Of a stretch of 64,000 bases of DNA, positions 52,846 through 62,817 are shown in pieces. The stretch comes from Chloroflexota bacterium (GTDB lineage Bacteria > Chloroflexota > Anaerolineae > B4-G1 > SLSP01), in contig JAIOAS010000001.1 of assembly GCA_019873725.1 (NCBI GenBank), positions 40,257 through 104,256 of the forward strand. The letters are read 5' to 3'. The position numbers and the translations under genes are program-made. How positions within the stretch are numbered: the stretch's first letter is position 1; every line of letters begins with the position of its first letter. The notes under the pieces were generated by a model. That model was given only the letters and a program-made list of their open reading frames with translations. It did not search any database and was not told the origin of the DNA.

Positions 52846-54369
52846 CTATTGGGCGAATAGTTGACCATAGGTATCGTCTGAACTGCGCAAATAAACTATC
52901 GGCATAAACCAGGCCGGCGGTTTGTCGCGGAAAATCGCACGTCGTCCACTATTCACGGCATCGGGCAAACGTTTGGATTCGGCTAGCATACTGTAGACGC
53001 GCTCGAAAAACTTCACCATTGCCTTGACCGGCGGCGATCCCTGCATTCCCAACACCGCAGGGATACCGGCCTGAATCAATCCCGGCGCTACACCATTAAA
53101 CACACTGGTCCCCTGTGTGACTGCCGAACCACACGCAGACAAGACGACGAGGCGCGTGTCGGCATTATGGAACAGTGGCGTGAGATCATCCACGCTCACC
53201 GGGTCACTGTGTTTGGCGTCATCTTCAAAGTGCAAATACCCTTTGGGTGGATTGTCGCTCATATCCCCTTGACAGGCTACACATCGGGTCGTATTGGGAT
53301 AGTGCGCTTTATCACACACCGGGCACCGGCGTGCAAATGTACCATGCCCATCAAAATGCACGATATGAAACACCTGGTGGTTGAGCGTGCTTTCCAAAGC
53401 GTCCCACGTGGGCGGATTCAAGTATTCCCAGTCCAGTTTTCCCGCTTGTCGCAGTGGCTCCAATGCTTTGGTGATAGCCTGAACTTCATCAGCGTCCGGC
53501 AATCGGTCTTCATTGTCGGGGCGTGACATCACGAAAAGCACTTTCAACGGCGGTGCAACTTTGAATGGCGTGGGTTTCTCGCCAAACGTGATATAGCGTG
53601 TCAGTTCCAGTCCATTTTTTGTGAGGAGTGGGTGGGTACTACCGTCGTGTAACACTTCCCAGGGGAATTGCGCCAGAAGCGTGTCTTCGGGATCGAAACA
53701 CAACTGGCAGGCTACGGGAGGTTTATCCCGCGCTCGGGATAATTCGGTCTGCATTGGCCCGGCGAAAAGTGCGCGATACAGCTTCTGTCCGACGATTTTG
53801 TGGAACTCCGCGTGGAGACGGTTATCGTGAAGCAATCCCATGTTTTCCAATGCCTGGACATATTCCGCCTTGAAACGCTCCGGCACAAAAGCGCCCACAT
53901 CCAACGCCTTGAGAACGGCCTTCAGTTCGTCAAACGAGAAGGGTAAGTCCACTTCGGCTTTTGGTTCACCGCCGCCGGGAACTTTGAGGCCACGGATTTC
54001 CATCTTCGATGCCTCACAGTGCAGAAGTTGCACGCGAAGCACAGAGAAAGGCTGTTCGTCCGGCGCTGCATTTCCTTCTATCTTCTCGGACATCTGCTGC
54101 AGCAGGCGTTTGAGGTTCTCCATCTCATCCTGCAATTGCTGTATATGAGGATCTTGTGACACAACGCCTGGTTCGACAAATGGCGCTAACTCTTGTCGGA
54201 TTTCCTGAATTTGCTTATCAAGATGCGCGCCTTCTCTGCGGAGACGAAGACGATCAACATCCGACAACGTGCGGCTCAATTGATTGTTCACCGCTTCGTA
54301 CTCCTCAATCAGATTGTTCAAGCGAGTTTGTAAGGCTCTACGTTTGTAGTCAGGCAAGGTGTTGGGCAT
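52846..54369 (-). CDS. CHAT-domain caspase-like protease with N-terminal coiled-coil effector-associated domain
   Basis: Catalytic dyad contexts HIVHFDGHGTF and RLVVLSACGSAVTQ. N-terminal LPDYKRRALQTRLNNLIEEYEAVNNQLSRTLSDVDRLRLRR is shared with three other proteins in the operon. Confidence 0.75.
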   Translation of the reverse strand: MPNTLPDYKRRALQTRLNNLIEEYEAVNNQLSRTLSDVDRLRLRREGAHLDKQIQEIRQELAPFVEPGVVSQDPHIQQLQDEMENLKRLLQQMSEKIEGNAAPDEQPFSVLRVQLLHCEASKMEIRGLKVPGGGEPKAEVDLPFSFDELKAVLKALDVGAFVPERFKAEYVQALENMGLLHDNRLHAEFHKIVGQKLYRALFAGPMQTELSRARDKPPVACQLCFDPEDTLLAQFPWEVLHDGSTHPLLTKNGLELTRYITFGEKPTPFKVAPPLKVLFVMSRPDNEDRLPDADEVQAITKALEPLRQAGKLDWEYLNPPTWDALESTLNHQVFHIVHFDGHGTFARRCPVCDKAHYPNTTRCVACQGDMSDNPPKGYLHFEDDAKHSDPVSVDDLTPLFHNADTRLVVLSACGSAVTQGTSVFNGVAPGLIQAGIPAVLGMQGSPPVKAMVKFFERVYSMLAESKRLPDAVNSGRRAIFRDKPPAWFMPIVYLRSSDDTYGQLFAQ

Positions 54370-54432
54370 TTGTTACTCTCCATAACGATGTGGCTGCGAT
54401 TTCCAAATCGCGTGGTCTGGAATCTCCCACCG

Positions 54433-54978
54433 TTATTTGTACGCCGCCAACTGCGTCGCCAAATCCAGCAAATCCCTGTGCAATTGCGTGGCTTCGTCGT
54501 AGTTCTCGGCCAGCACTTGCAAAAAGATAACCAGCGCATTTTGCCCATCCGCGCGATACTGATCAGCCAGTTGGCTGATGACCATATCCACCTGGGATTT
54601 GGGCATATTCGTCATCGCCACGCTGTAGCGCCACGGCGTCAGCATCTCGTGGGCGAGCACGGCCTGCAACGCCTGGTTGTTGGCGAACTCCGCACACTGC
54701 AAGAGCGTGTTCTTGAGCGGCGACGATAGCTCCGCGGGGATGCCGGACGTGCGCTTGCGCGGCTGTGGCGCAGGAGCGGGTTGGGGCACGCGGCCTTGCA
54801 GTTGGGCGTCAATCTCGGCGATTTCGGCTTCACGAGCCTGCGCCTGGCGTTTGAGCTTGAGTTCGTCTGCCGCGCTCAAGGTGTGGCTCAGTTGGGCCAT
54901 AATGGCATCGTATTCTTCGATGAGTTGCGCCCGGCGAGATTCGAGGGCGCGGCGTTTGTAGTCGGGTAAGGTAGACAT
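54433..54978 (-). CDS. adaptor protein: N-terminal coiled-coil EAD plus C-terminal Bell/EAD-like helical domain
   Basis: N-terminus LPDYKRRALESRRAQLIEEYDAIMAQLSHTLSAADELKLKRQ. C-terminus ELSSPLKNTLLQCAEFANNQALQAVL...GQNALVIFLQVLAENY aligns with the STAND N-terminus and the 160-aa protein. Confidence 0.5.
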   Translation of the reverse strand: MSTLPDYKRRALESRRAQLIEEYDAIMAQLSHTLSAADELKLKRQAQAREAEIAEIDAQLQGRVPQPAPAPQPRKRTSGIPAELSSPLKNTLLQCAEFANNQALQAVLAHEMLTPWRYSVAMTNMPKSQVDMVISQLADQYRADGQNALVIFLQVLAENYDEATQLHRDLLDLATQLAAYK

Positions 54979-55049
54979 ATGTTCATCTCCTGGACTGAAA
55001 TTGATCTAAACCGTATAACAAAACAGTTTCCAAAGATTGTAGGGGTGAA

Positions 55050-58000
55050 TCACATTTTTGTACATACGTCTGTAAGATGTTGAGCATCTTGTTCGACATT
55101 AGGATAACCGATGGCACGCTTAATTTCAATCGACACACGCATCAACTCGCATGCTTCAGCATAATGACCTAGTTTTTCATAGGCTAATCCCAAATTCCAG
55201 CAAACGTTCCCTTCCCCACGACGATCGCCGATTTCACGAACGATCTGTAGTGTTTGCTCGTAGTATCCTATTGCACGCTGTATATCACCTAAAGAATAAT
55301 GGACATTACCAATGTTCATTAGGACTGTTCCATCTCCTCGGCGATCCCCAATCTCGCGATATATCCCTAACGCCTGTTCATAAAACTCAATAGCATTGCG
55401 GGTGTCTCCTAAACTTTTATAGGCGTTTCCCAGATTGCCCAGGACAGTTCCTTCTCCACGCCTATCGCCAATCTCACGCGCAATAGCCAACCGCTGCTCA
55501 TAGTATTTGATAGCCTGCTGAATATCTCCCAAGTTAGCTAGAGCTACTCCTAAGTTGCCCAGAGCATTCCCCTCTCCACGCCGGTCACCAGTCTCACGCA
55601 CAATAGATAAAAATTGCTCATAATAACCGATGGCACGGTGCATATCTCCTAAGTCAGCATAAGCATTTCCTAAGTTACTTAAAACTACTCCTTCTCCGCG
55701 CCGGTCACCAATCTCGCGGGTAATCGCCAATGCCTGCTCGTATAACTCGATGGCGCGGTGTGCATCCCCCAGTGCGGCGTAGACCAGCCCCAGGTTGCTC
55801 AATGCGTTCCCTTCCCCACGCTGATCGCCGATCTCGCGGGCGATCACTAAATACTGTTCATAGTATGTACTGGCGCGGCGCGCGTCCCCCAGTGCGGCGT
55901 AGGCCGCCCCCAGGTTGCCTAGGGCGTTGCCCTCCCCGCGCCGGTCGCCAATCTCGCGGGTAATCACCAATGCCTGTTCGTAGAACACAATGGCGCGGCG
56001 CGCGTCCCCCAGTGCGGCATAGGCCAGCCCCAGGTTGCCCAGAGCGTTGCTCTCCCCGCGCCGGTCGCCGATCTCGCGGGTAATCACCAATGCCTGTTCG
56101 TAGAGCTCGATGGCGCGGCGCGCGTCCCCCAGTGCGGCATAGGCCAGCCCCAGGTTGCCCAGAGCGTTGCCCTCCCCGCGTCGGTCGCCAATCTCGCGGG
56201 TAATCGCCAATACCTGCTCATAGAACTCGATGGCGCGGCGCGCGTCCCCCAGTGCGGCGTAGGCCAGCCCCAGGTTGCCCAGGTGGGCGCCTTCCGCATC
56301 GCGGCGGCCTATAGCACGAGCGGCGCGCAGGGCGGCTTCTAGCCAAGCGATGCGCTCGCGGGGATGCAGACGTAGTTCAAGGATGTAGCTGCCAGCGTCA
56401 AGGTAGGCGTTGCATAGGGAGGCTCGTTCCTGCTCAATATCTATTTCAGTCTTCTTCTTTTCTGATTGGAGATAAGAGGAAAAGAACGAACTAGCCCAAG
56501 CAAAGCCGCTGTGAATATTATGAGCTTCACGATCGTAAAGGGTCAGACCTTCCAGTATGTCTTCATGCCCTTGCAGATAGAGTATATTGGCATTGCGCAA
56601 CATTTGTTCATAGTGTGCGGCGTGACGATAAGCAACAGCATTGCGTTCATCGTCCGTAGTTTGCTCTCTGGCCCATAGACGTATCAAATCGTTCAAAAGA
56701 TAGCGGTCATTGGCTGTCATCAACAGACTTCGGCGCGCCAGAGCATCTAAAACGTCTTCAGCAGATTTTTGATCAATCTTCCATACAGCAATTGCAGCGA
56801 GCTTGTCAAATTCACCAGGGAAGATGCTCAATTGCCGCCATAGGGCTTGCAATTCGGGTGCGAGCAGGTCGTAGCTCAAACGCAGGGCGGCTTCGGCTGG
56901 TTCTAAAAGCCGCCGCTCGTGTTGCAAGCGTTCCAGGAAGCGTTCGACGGGAAGCACAGTGTCGTTCAGCGCCTCACCAGCCCATCGCAATGCCAGGGGA
57001 AGGCAGCTACACAAGTCGGCCAATTCCTCAGCGTAGTCACCTACGCGGGGTGCTATTTGTCGTAACAAAGTACAGGCGTCCACATGAGGCAACGCATCTA
57101 AATCTAGCGAGTGCAAGCCGGGCAGGCTAAAGCGATGCCGGGAGGTCACAATCAGGCGGCAAGAGGCAGGGGGTAAGAGCGGGAGAAGTTGGTCCTTGCC
57201 GGCAGCGTTATCGAAGAGGAGGAGGGCTCGTTGACCATTGAGGGTGGCGTGGTAGACGGTCTGCAATTGCGTGAGATCTTCAGGTAAACGGGCGGTGGGG
57301 TAATAGGTACGAAGGATAGCCGTCATCACCTCGACAGGTGAGAGCGGTGCAGTATCTGTCCCACGCAAGTCCAGGTAAAATTGTGCATCGGGATAACGCG
57401 GCGTCAGCATCTCCGCCAGCTTGAGCGCGAGCGCTGTCTTGCCCGCGCCGCCCATCCCATGCAGGCCGGTAATGAGCGCGCTGCCGCTTTCGATGGTCGT
57501 GCGGAGCATCTCCAGTTCTTCCTCCCGACCGACAAAGTCATGAGGGGGCTGTGGTAATTGATGTAGACGGGCATGGCTGTGTTTTATATGCGACAAACGA
57601 TCTTGCCATCTCTCTATTGCGGCGCGAAGTTCCATCTTTTGTTCTGCGTAATCAAATGAGTCTATCTGACCATTTTTTAAATGCTCCTCAAGCGTTCGAA
57701 GTTCTTGTGTAATAGTTGCAATTTTGCTGTTGACTAAAGTTGACTCAATTTGATTAGCCAGTTCAGCAATTTCCTGTCTACTGGTCAGTTCGCTTAATAC
57801 CCGTAGGAATAGACAAAGAGCGTTTTCATCATGATCATTCCAAAGAGCCAACAACTGGGCGATAAGAGAATCAACCCTTGCACCACGATCAGAAACTGAA
57901 GGGATGACTCCACACCATAGAGCAATTCGAACATCAGCAAATATTGCTTGTAGTTCCTGATCACTGTCAAAAACACTAAGATTCATCAACGTTTTGTGCA

Positions 58001-58745
58001 GGGAACTATACAATGAGGGTGATAGTGCAACAATTTCCTGCGTAGGTCGCTGTTCAGAAGGCCTGCCAGCTTGTTCTTCCGATGAAACTCTCTCGGTTGT
58101 GGTAACTCCCGTAGCAGCAATTAAACGAGTAGTGTTAGTGGCATACGCTACTAATTCAGGATACGATTCCAGACCGGTCACCAGTTCTTGAGTAATGCGC
58201 GCCAATCTCGCTGCTTCCGCTGCGTGCGTAGCCGGATTGACATTTGCACTGGTGGATAAAGCTATAACATCTTCAAAAGCGGTTTGTATTTCCCGTACCG
58301 TTGTTTCCCGCTGCTCCTCAATATACACCATCGCCGCCCACTGCTGCGCCTGGAGTTCGTGCGCGTCCAGGTAGGCATCGGTTTTGGAAAGGTACCGAAC
58401 GTAGTGAATCAACAACCGCGCGACGGCCTCCATCCGCTCTGGGCCTAATGCTGCATCTTGCTTCATTTCCTGCAAGAGGTAGGCACGGACGGCGGAATCC
58501 ATCACATATTGTTCGTAGCCCACCTGCTGGCACAGGTCCGAAAGCAGCAGATCGGCTTCTGCCACCCAGGGGACCTGCTGCACGAATTTGGTGCGCAGAT
58601 AGTTCAACAGTTCGGGCGTCAGCACCAGGGGCAAGGCAGCATGGTAGAGCAGCAGACGGTAGGAAGGTTCGTGGCGTTCCACAAAGCGTGCGACCTTCTG
58701 TTGCGCGATCTGCATCTCTTCCGGCTGGAAAAACGACTCAGTCAT
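55050..58745 (-). CDS. STAND NTPase: N-terminal Bell/EAD-like domain, NB-ARC (AP-ATPase), ~10 C-terminal TPR repeats
   Basis: P-loop LITGLHGMGGAGKTALALKLA, and DNAAGKDQLLPLL (Walker B region). Ten tandem ~40-aa repeats GNLGLAYAALGDARRAIEFYEQALAITREIGDRRGE. The N-terminus (aa ~230-320) is homologous to 47045..47527 and 54433..54978. Confidence 0.85.
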   Translation of the reverse strand: MTESFFQPEEMQIAQQKVARFVERHEPSYRLLLYHAALPLVLTPELLNYLRTKFVQQVPWVAEADLLLSDLCQQVGYEQYVMDSAVRAYLLQEMKQDAALGPERMEAVARLLIHYVRYLSKTDAYLDAHELQAQQWAAMVYIEEQRETTVREIQTAFEDVIALSTSANVNPATHAAEAARLARITQELVTGLESYPELVAYATNTTRLIAATGVTTTERVSSEEQAGRPSEQRPTQEIVALSPSLYSSLHKTLMNLSVFDSDQELQAIFADVRIALWCGVIPSVSDRGARVDSLIAQLLALWNDHDENALCLFLRVLSELTSRQEIAELANQIESTLVNSKIATITQELRTLEEHLKNGQIDSFDYAEQKMELRAAIERWQDRLSHIKHSHARLHQLPQPPHDFVGREEELEMLRTTIESGSALITGLHGMGGAGKTALALKLAEMLTPRYPDAQFYLDLRGTDTAPLSPVEVMTAILRTYYPTARLPEDLTQLQTVYHATLNGQRALLLFDNAAGKDQLLPLLPPASCRLIVTSRHRFSLPGLHSLDLDALPHVDACTLLRQIAPRVGDYAEELADLCSCLPLALRWAGEALNDTVLPVERFLERLQHERRLLEPAEAALRLSYDLLAPELQALWRQLSIFPGEFDKLAAIAVWKIDQKSAEDVLDALARRSLLMTANDRYLLNDLIRLWAREQTTDDERNAVAYRHAAHYEQMLRNANILYLQGHEDILEGLTLYDREAHNIHSGFAWASSFFSSYLQSEKKKTEIDIEQERASLCNAYLDAGSYILELRLHPRERIAWLEAALRAARAIGRRDAEGAHLGNLGLAYAALGDARRAIEFYEQVLAITREIGDRRGEGNALGNLGLAYAALGDARRAIELYEQALVITREIGDRRGESNALGNLGLAYAALGDARRAIVFYEQALVITREIGDRRGEGNALGNLGAAYAALGDARRASTYYEQYLVIAREIGDQRGEGNALSNLGLVYAALGDAHRAIELYEQALAITREIGDRRGEGVVLSNLGNAYADLGDMHRAIGYYEQFLSIVRETGDRRGEGNALGNLGVALANLGDIQQAIKYYEQRLAIAREIGDRRGEGTVLGNLGNAYKSLGDTRNAIEFYEQALGIYREIGDRRGDGTVLMNIGNVHYSLGDIQRAIGYYEQTLQIVREIGDRRGEGNVCWNLGLAYEKLGHYAEACELMRVSIEIKRAIGYPNVEQDAQHLTDVCTKM
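55080..56320. repeat. nucleotide-level ~120-bp tandem repeats (coding: TPR array of the STAND gene)
   Basis: Near-identical DNA repeats such as gcgcgtcccccagtgcggcataggccagccccaggttgcccagagcgttg recur about 10 times. Confidence 0.8.
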
Positions 58746-58751
58746 AAAACC

Positions 58752-59840
58752 TCACGAAGCGTATTGCCCCATCACTTGCCCACGGAGCACGTCAATGACG
58801 TTGCTCAAGCCTTCGGGGTCCATTTGGAACATCGGCGCAAAGCGCGCGATCATTTCGGCGGAAGAATTCTCCCACCGTGCCTGGGGCATAGGGTTCAACC
58901 AGGCGACGTGCGCCGCGACCTGCTTGAGCCGGGCCAGGAACACCGCCGTCTCCCGGATGCGCCGGGAGTTGCGGTAGCCGCGCGCCGCGCCGGCGTCGCT
59001 CACGATCAGGATCACCGTATCCACTGTGCAAGCGCCGAGAATCTCGCTCAGTTCAACCGGCTGTGTCAGATGCGGGTCGGCATAGACCCTCTGGGCGATA
59101 AGATTGTGGAAATAGAAGACGTCTGTCCGCATCAAGGCGCTGTCGTGTTGGGCCGTCGTCGCCAGGTCCCGGTTAAAGCGATGAAACGGCATCATCGAGC
59201 CATTCTGGTCAAGAAACATCAGCAAGTGCGCGTGATTACGCTCGCGGCGGCGGTAAACGGGCGCGATAAAGAAGCCCTGCCGGGCAGCCCGTTCCACCGT
59301 CGCTGCAATGTCCAGCACGTCTGCCGGGCCATCAGGCAAGGGGCGGCGGAGATAGCGCCAGGTGTAGGTCATAAAACGCGAGGAGACCGGCCCGTAGCTG
59401 TGGAAGTCCGGCGCTTCATCCATGTGCGCGGGCGTGAACGGCGCTTTCACCGGCAGCACATTCCATCCCGGCGTTGATTCGGACGCGGCGGCGCGGGGTG
59501 GAATCGTCTCCTGGGGCGGTAAAGATTGCTCTAGGCGTGGGGGTGTTTCAAAAGGTCGTGATGACTCCGGAGTTGTTTCAGGCAAGGTGGGGCTATCTTT
59601 GTGCGTCGCCAGATAGGCCAGCACATTTTCCCATTGCACGCCGAGTTCCCGGCTGTCTTCAGCGGATTTGCACCACAGCAATTCCAGCATGGCATGGAGG
59701 TCTGCATCGTCCTCGACGCCCCATCCGCCGGCGACGGCATCCAATGCCGCCAGCAGTTCACTGACGCCCAGGTTCAACCCTGCGCGACGGCGGTAGGCAA
59801 AAAGCGCCAGCACAATCCGACGAGCTTCGGAGATTTCCAT
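58752..59840 (-). CDS. vWA-like protein partner of MoxR
   Basis: Immediately downstream of MoxR with a TGATG overlap. LMFLDQNGSM is a variant MIDAS-like D-x-N-x-S. The fold assignment is tentative. Confidence 0.45.
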   Translation of the reverse strand: MEISEARRIVLALFAYRRRAGLNLGVSELLAALDAVAGGWGVEDDADLHAMLELLWCKSAEDSRELGVQWENVLAYLATHKDSPTLPETTPESSRPFETPPRLEQSLPPQETIPPRAAASESTPGWNVLPVKAPFTPAHMDEAPDFHSYGPVSSRFMTYTWRYLRRPLPDGPADVLDIAATVERAARQGFFIAPVYRRRERNHAHLLMFLDQNGSMMPFHRFNRDLATTAQHDSALMRTDVFYFHNLIAQRVYADPHLTQPVELSEILGACTVDTVILIVSDAGAARGYRNSRRIRETAVFLARLKQVAAHVAWLNPMPQARWENSSAEMIARFAPMFQMDPEGLSNVIDVLRGQVMGQYAS

Positions 59841-60772
59841 CAGGCTCCTGTGTACTTCAACCAATCAGCCCGGAGTTTGAACAACAGGCTCGGATAGGGC
59901 GGAAGGGCTTCGGGTGAAACTGTGGGAGGCTTCTGATCGGGCAGTTCAAACCCGCGTAGCGCCTCCACCCAATCCAAAAATTCGCTGGTGCCGGGTTTCT
60001 TGAACAGCGCAGAATCCTGGCGGACATCTAAAAATTTCGTGGCGGCAGCTTTGATCAGGTCAGCGTTCGGGCCTTTCTTATCTCGATAGTGCGCGTTGAT
60101 GATAGCTTCCAACTGCTGATCCGGGAACTTCAAGAAGAAGTAGATGCAGCGGCGCAGGAAAGGCGCAGGCAGGTTGCCCTTCTCCTTGTTGCTGGTGATG
60201 AACACGATAGGGCGCAGGGCTGGATTGCCGATAGCGATGGTTTCTTCTGTCTCCAGGATTTTGAATTCCCAGGGATCATCGAGTACGGCGAGCAAGTCGT
60301 TGGGGAAGTCGAGGTCGGCCTTGTCGATCTCGTCAATCAACACAACTGCCGGGCGGTCTTCGACGCAGAAGGCTTTCCCCAATGGTCCAAACCGACGATA
60401 ATCCTTGGGATTGGCGGGATCGCGTTTTGTCCCCGTTTCGCCGCCGTGTCGCTTCACCTCGACATCGTGTAGGCGGAGAATGGCATCATAGGAATACAGC
60501 CCCTCCTGCGCTTTGCTGGTGGAGCGTACATCCCAGCGGTAGAAAGGTAGCCGCAGCTCGTAGGCCACGGCGCGCGCCAGGCGCGTCTTGCCGCAGCCGG
60601 CCTCGCCTTCCAGCAACAGGGGCCGGCGCAGGTAGATCGCCAGGTTGACGGCGCGGATCAGCTCCGGCGTAGCGATGTAGGGTTCGGGCGTGTTGGGGAC
60701 ATCTTCGTGCTCATCTTTGGGTTGTTCTTTGAGATTGCAATGGAAAATATACTGTTTTACGGTGGATGAAGG
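59840..60772 (-). CDS. MoxR-family AAA+ ATPase
   Basis: Walker A LLLEGEAGCGKTRLARAVA and Walker B VVLIDEIDKAD. ~310 aa after trimming the over-extended N-terminus. Confidence 0.8.
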   Translation of the reverse strand, partial: PSSTVKQYIFHCNLKEQPKDEHEDVPNTPEPYIATPELIRAVNLAIYLRRPLLLEGEAGCGKTRLARAVAYELRLPFYRWDVRSTSKAQEGLYSYDAILRLHDVEVKRHGGETGTKRDPANPKDYRRFGPLGKAFCVEDRPAVVLIDEIDKADLDFPNDLLAVLDDPWEFKILETEETIAIGNPALRPIVFITSNKEKGNLPAPFLRRCIYFFLKFPDQQLEAIINAHYRDKKGPNADLIKAAATKFLDVRQDSALFKKPGTSEFLDWVEALRGFELPDQKPPTVSPEALPPYPSLLFKLRADWLKYTGA

Positions 60773-60785
60773 CATAAGGTTCCTC

Positions 60786-61820
60786 CTAATGGCTGTCATA
60801 GTATTCCTCAATGGCGTTGAGCAAGGCCTGGTACGCTTGCGAGGGCTTGCCGTTTTCACTGGCAAGGTAAACGCTTTCGGCCATGGCTGCAATCTGCGCC
60901 GGGGCAACCCCAATGGCAGATGCGCCCAATCCCGAATAGCGCAGAATCCAATCATAAATTTCCGCTTGCTTCCAACAGCGCAGCGGCAAGGGCAACATCT
61001 TCGCCGGATCGAAGTCCTCATCGCAACATTGCATCGCCGGATCGAACGCCTCCATTTGAACCGGCGTGAGCGCCACAACGACGCAGATCACAGTGACCAG
61101 CGGATTTTTCTGGATGATGACCGGCAATCGCTGCACCAACGGCGTCCAAAACTCGCGCACAAACCAGGGCAAAAAGACGCCGGGCAACGCCAGGTGATCC
61201 CAGGTGCGAATCTCTAGCAGGACGATACTGCCATATTGCACAGCGCCTTCCAACGTCTGGCTTAACGAGCGCGCATAGTCCTGCAATTGCAGTGGCGAAC
61301 CCTCGGCAACGCCAGGTGGCGCGCAATCCAGATAGCCGCCCAACCGGCGCATAAATGTCCAGGGGTCCAGCCGGTCGCCGGAGGCCAAGCCAATTTCATA
61401 ATGGCGGAAGTCGCCCGTTCGTTCACTCAAGAACTGCTTCATCCGCTGGATGCACCACTGCCCGCCCATCGAATGCGCATTTTGCAGCATCAACAACGCC
61501 GCGCCGCCTTGCTCTGCCTGAATCCGATTCGTGATGTGGGTCAGGGTGTCGAAAACCTCGGTGAAGTCAATTCTCGGAATGAAAGATTCCAGGTGTCTGT
61601 GCCGTTGCTGGGCCATCGCTTCCGCCGCGCCGAGTTTGCAAAGGCTGAGTTCCTCTTCGTATTCCTCGATTTCGTTGTCGAGGTGCGCCTTTTGTTGCTT
61701 CAGGCGCTCCCTATCCCCAGCGTTCAGAGTATATCCTAACTGTCCAACGACAGCGTTATACTCCTCGTAAAGCTGGTCGAGGTGCTGCTTGAGAATTTCA
61801 CAACGACGGTTTGATGACAT
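60786..61820 (-). CDS. vWA-MoxR-associated-protein-like (N-terminal coiled-coil EAD plus unknown C-terminal domain)
   Basis: N-terminus ILKQHLDQLYEEYNAVVGQLGYTLNAGDRERLKQQKAHLDNEIEEYEEEL resembles the LPDYKRRALE coiled-coil module. Located upstream of MoxR. Confidence 0.45.
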   Translation of the reverse strand: MSSNRRCEILKQHLDQLYEEYNAVVGQLGYTLNAGDRERLKQQKAHLDNEIEEYEEELSLCKLGAAEAMAQQRHRHLESFIPRIDFTEVFDTLTHITNRIQAEQGGAALLMLQNAHSMGGQWCIQRMKQFLSERTGDFRHYEIGLASGDRLDPWTFMRRLGGYLDCAPPGVAEGSPLQLQDYARSLSQTLEGAVQYGSIVLLEIRTWDHLALPGVFLPWFVREFWTPLVQRLPVIIQKNPLVTVICVVVALTPVQMEAFDPAMQCCDEDFDPAKMLPLPLRCWKQAEIYDWILRYSGLGASAIGVAPAQIAAMAESVYLASENGKPSQAYQALLNAIEEYYDSH

Positions 61821-61824
61821 TGGG

Positions 61825-62814
61825 CTATAGTTTCCCCGCTCGCCAACGAGCTTCGAGATCCTCAACCTGCTTCCGTTTTTCTTCCAGGTCAAGTTGCAGG
61901 TGTACGGGAATCGCCGAGGCTGCATACGCCCCGGCCTGCGTTTCCAGGAGTGCCAGGGCGCGGCGTGCCATCACCAATGCGGGCGGTTCCGGGGTAGGCG
62001 GGTTTGCTGTGGACAATGGCTTTGACGTGGATGTGCATTCTAATTGCGCATCAATCTCCCCAATCTGGCGTTCCAGATCATCCGCCGTGCGTCGCAAGCG
62101 CAGACGATCCACGTCGGAGAGTGCGCGATCCAGTTGCGCATTGGCAGCCGTAAATTCCTCGATCAGATGCGCCCGGCGGGATTCCAGGGCGCGGCGTTTG
62201 TAGTCGGACAAAGGATAAGCATTCACAGCATTCTCCTCCAGAAGTTCACTTTCGGATGACGGGAGTTGACCGGATTCATACAATGCTAATAACTCCTTGG
62301 CTTCTTCCATCGTAAACCCACAATATTCAGCATACCGAGCTAGAGCACCCGGATATTGGGACTCCAATTCACGCCCACGCTGCAGAAACAATAGGCTCGA
62401 GGGCATCAAAACAGCTCTGGCTTGAACATTGTGTTCCACGGGTACGATTTGGGCTTCGGGATATGCCTCCTGAATCCTGTTCAGCAATTCTTCAAAACGC
62501 GTCACCAGCACGTTTTCAAATTCACAGTGTGCCGTTACTTTGAGGCGAGTTTCTCGGACTGCCACGACGTGAAATACGATGACGTCTAGATTGGGATGTG
62601 CATTGATGATGTTGCCGGTTTCGTCCTCAGTGATCAATCCACCAGTGATGACGACGCGCCCGTGACTGTAGTCTGAATATGCGCCCCGAAGCGTAAGATG
62701 ACCTCGCTTTCCTAACGAGAAAATGTCAGGCTGGGAATAACGGCTTGTGACATCCTCCAACAAGCGTGCAAAGCGCTCAAATTGCGTATCGACGTAGAAT
62801 TCACGCTCGATCAT
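61825..62814 (-). CDS. hypothetical protein with C-terminal coiled-coil EAD
   Basis: C-terminus PLSDYKRRALESRRAHLIEEFTAANAQLDRALSDVDRLRLRRTADDLERQIGEIDAQL. N-terminal ~190 aa are of unknown function. Confidence 0.45.
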   Translation of the reverse strand: MIEREFYVDTQFERFARLLEDVTSRYSQPDIFSLGKRGHLTLRGAYSDYSHGRVVITGGLITEDETGNIINAHPNLDVIVFHVVAVRETRLKVTAHCEFENVLVTRFEELLNRIQEAYPEAQIVPVEHNVQARAVLMPSSLLFLQRGRELESQYPGALARYAEYCGFTMEEAKELLALYESGQLPSSESELLEENAVNAYPLSDYKRRALESRRAHLIEEFTAANAQLDRALSDVDRLRLRRTADDLERQIGEIDAQLECTSTSKPLSTANPPTPEPPALVMARRALALLETQAGAYAASAIPVHLQLDLEEKRKQVEDLEARWRAGKL

Positions 62815-62817
62815 GTC

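Noticed and set aside
55080-56320. Regular ~120-bp direct repeats that could be mistaken for a CRISPR array or satellite
   Set aside because: The repeats are in-frame within the STAND gene and encode TPR units. There are no unique spacers and the repeat length is wrong for CRISPR.
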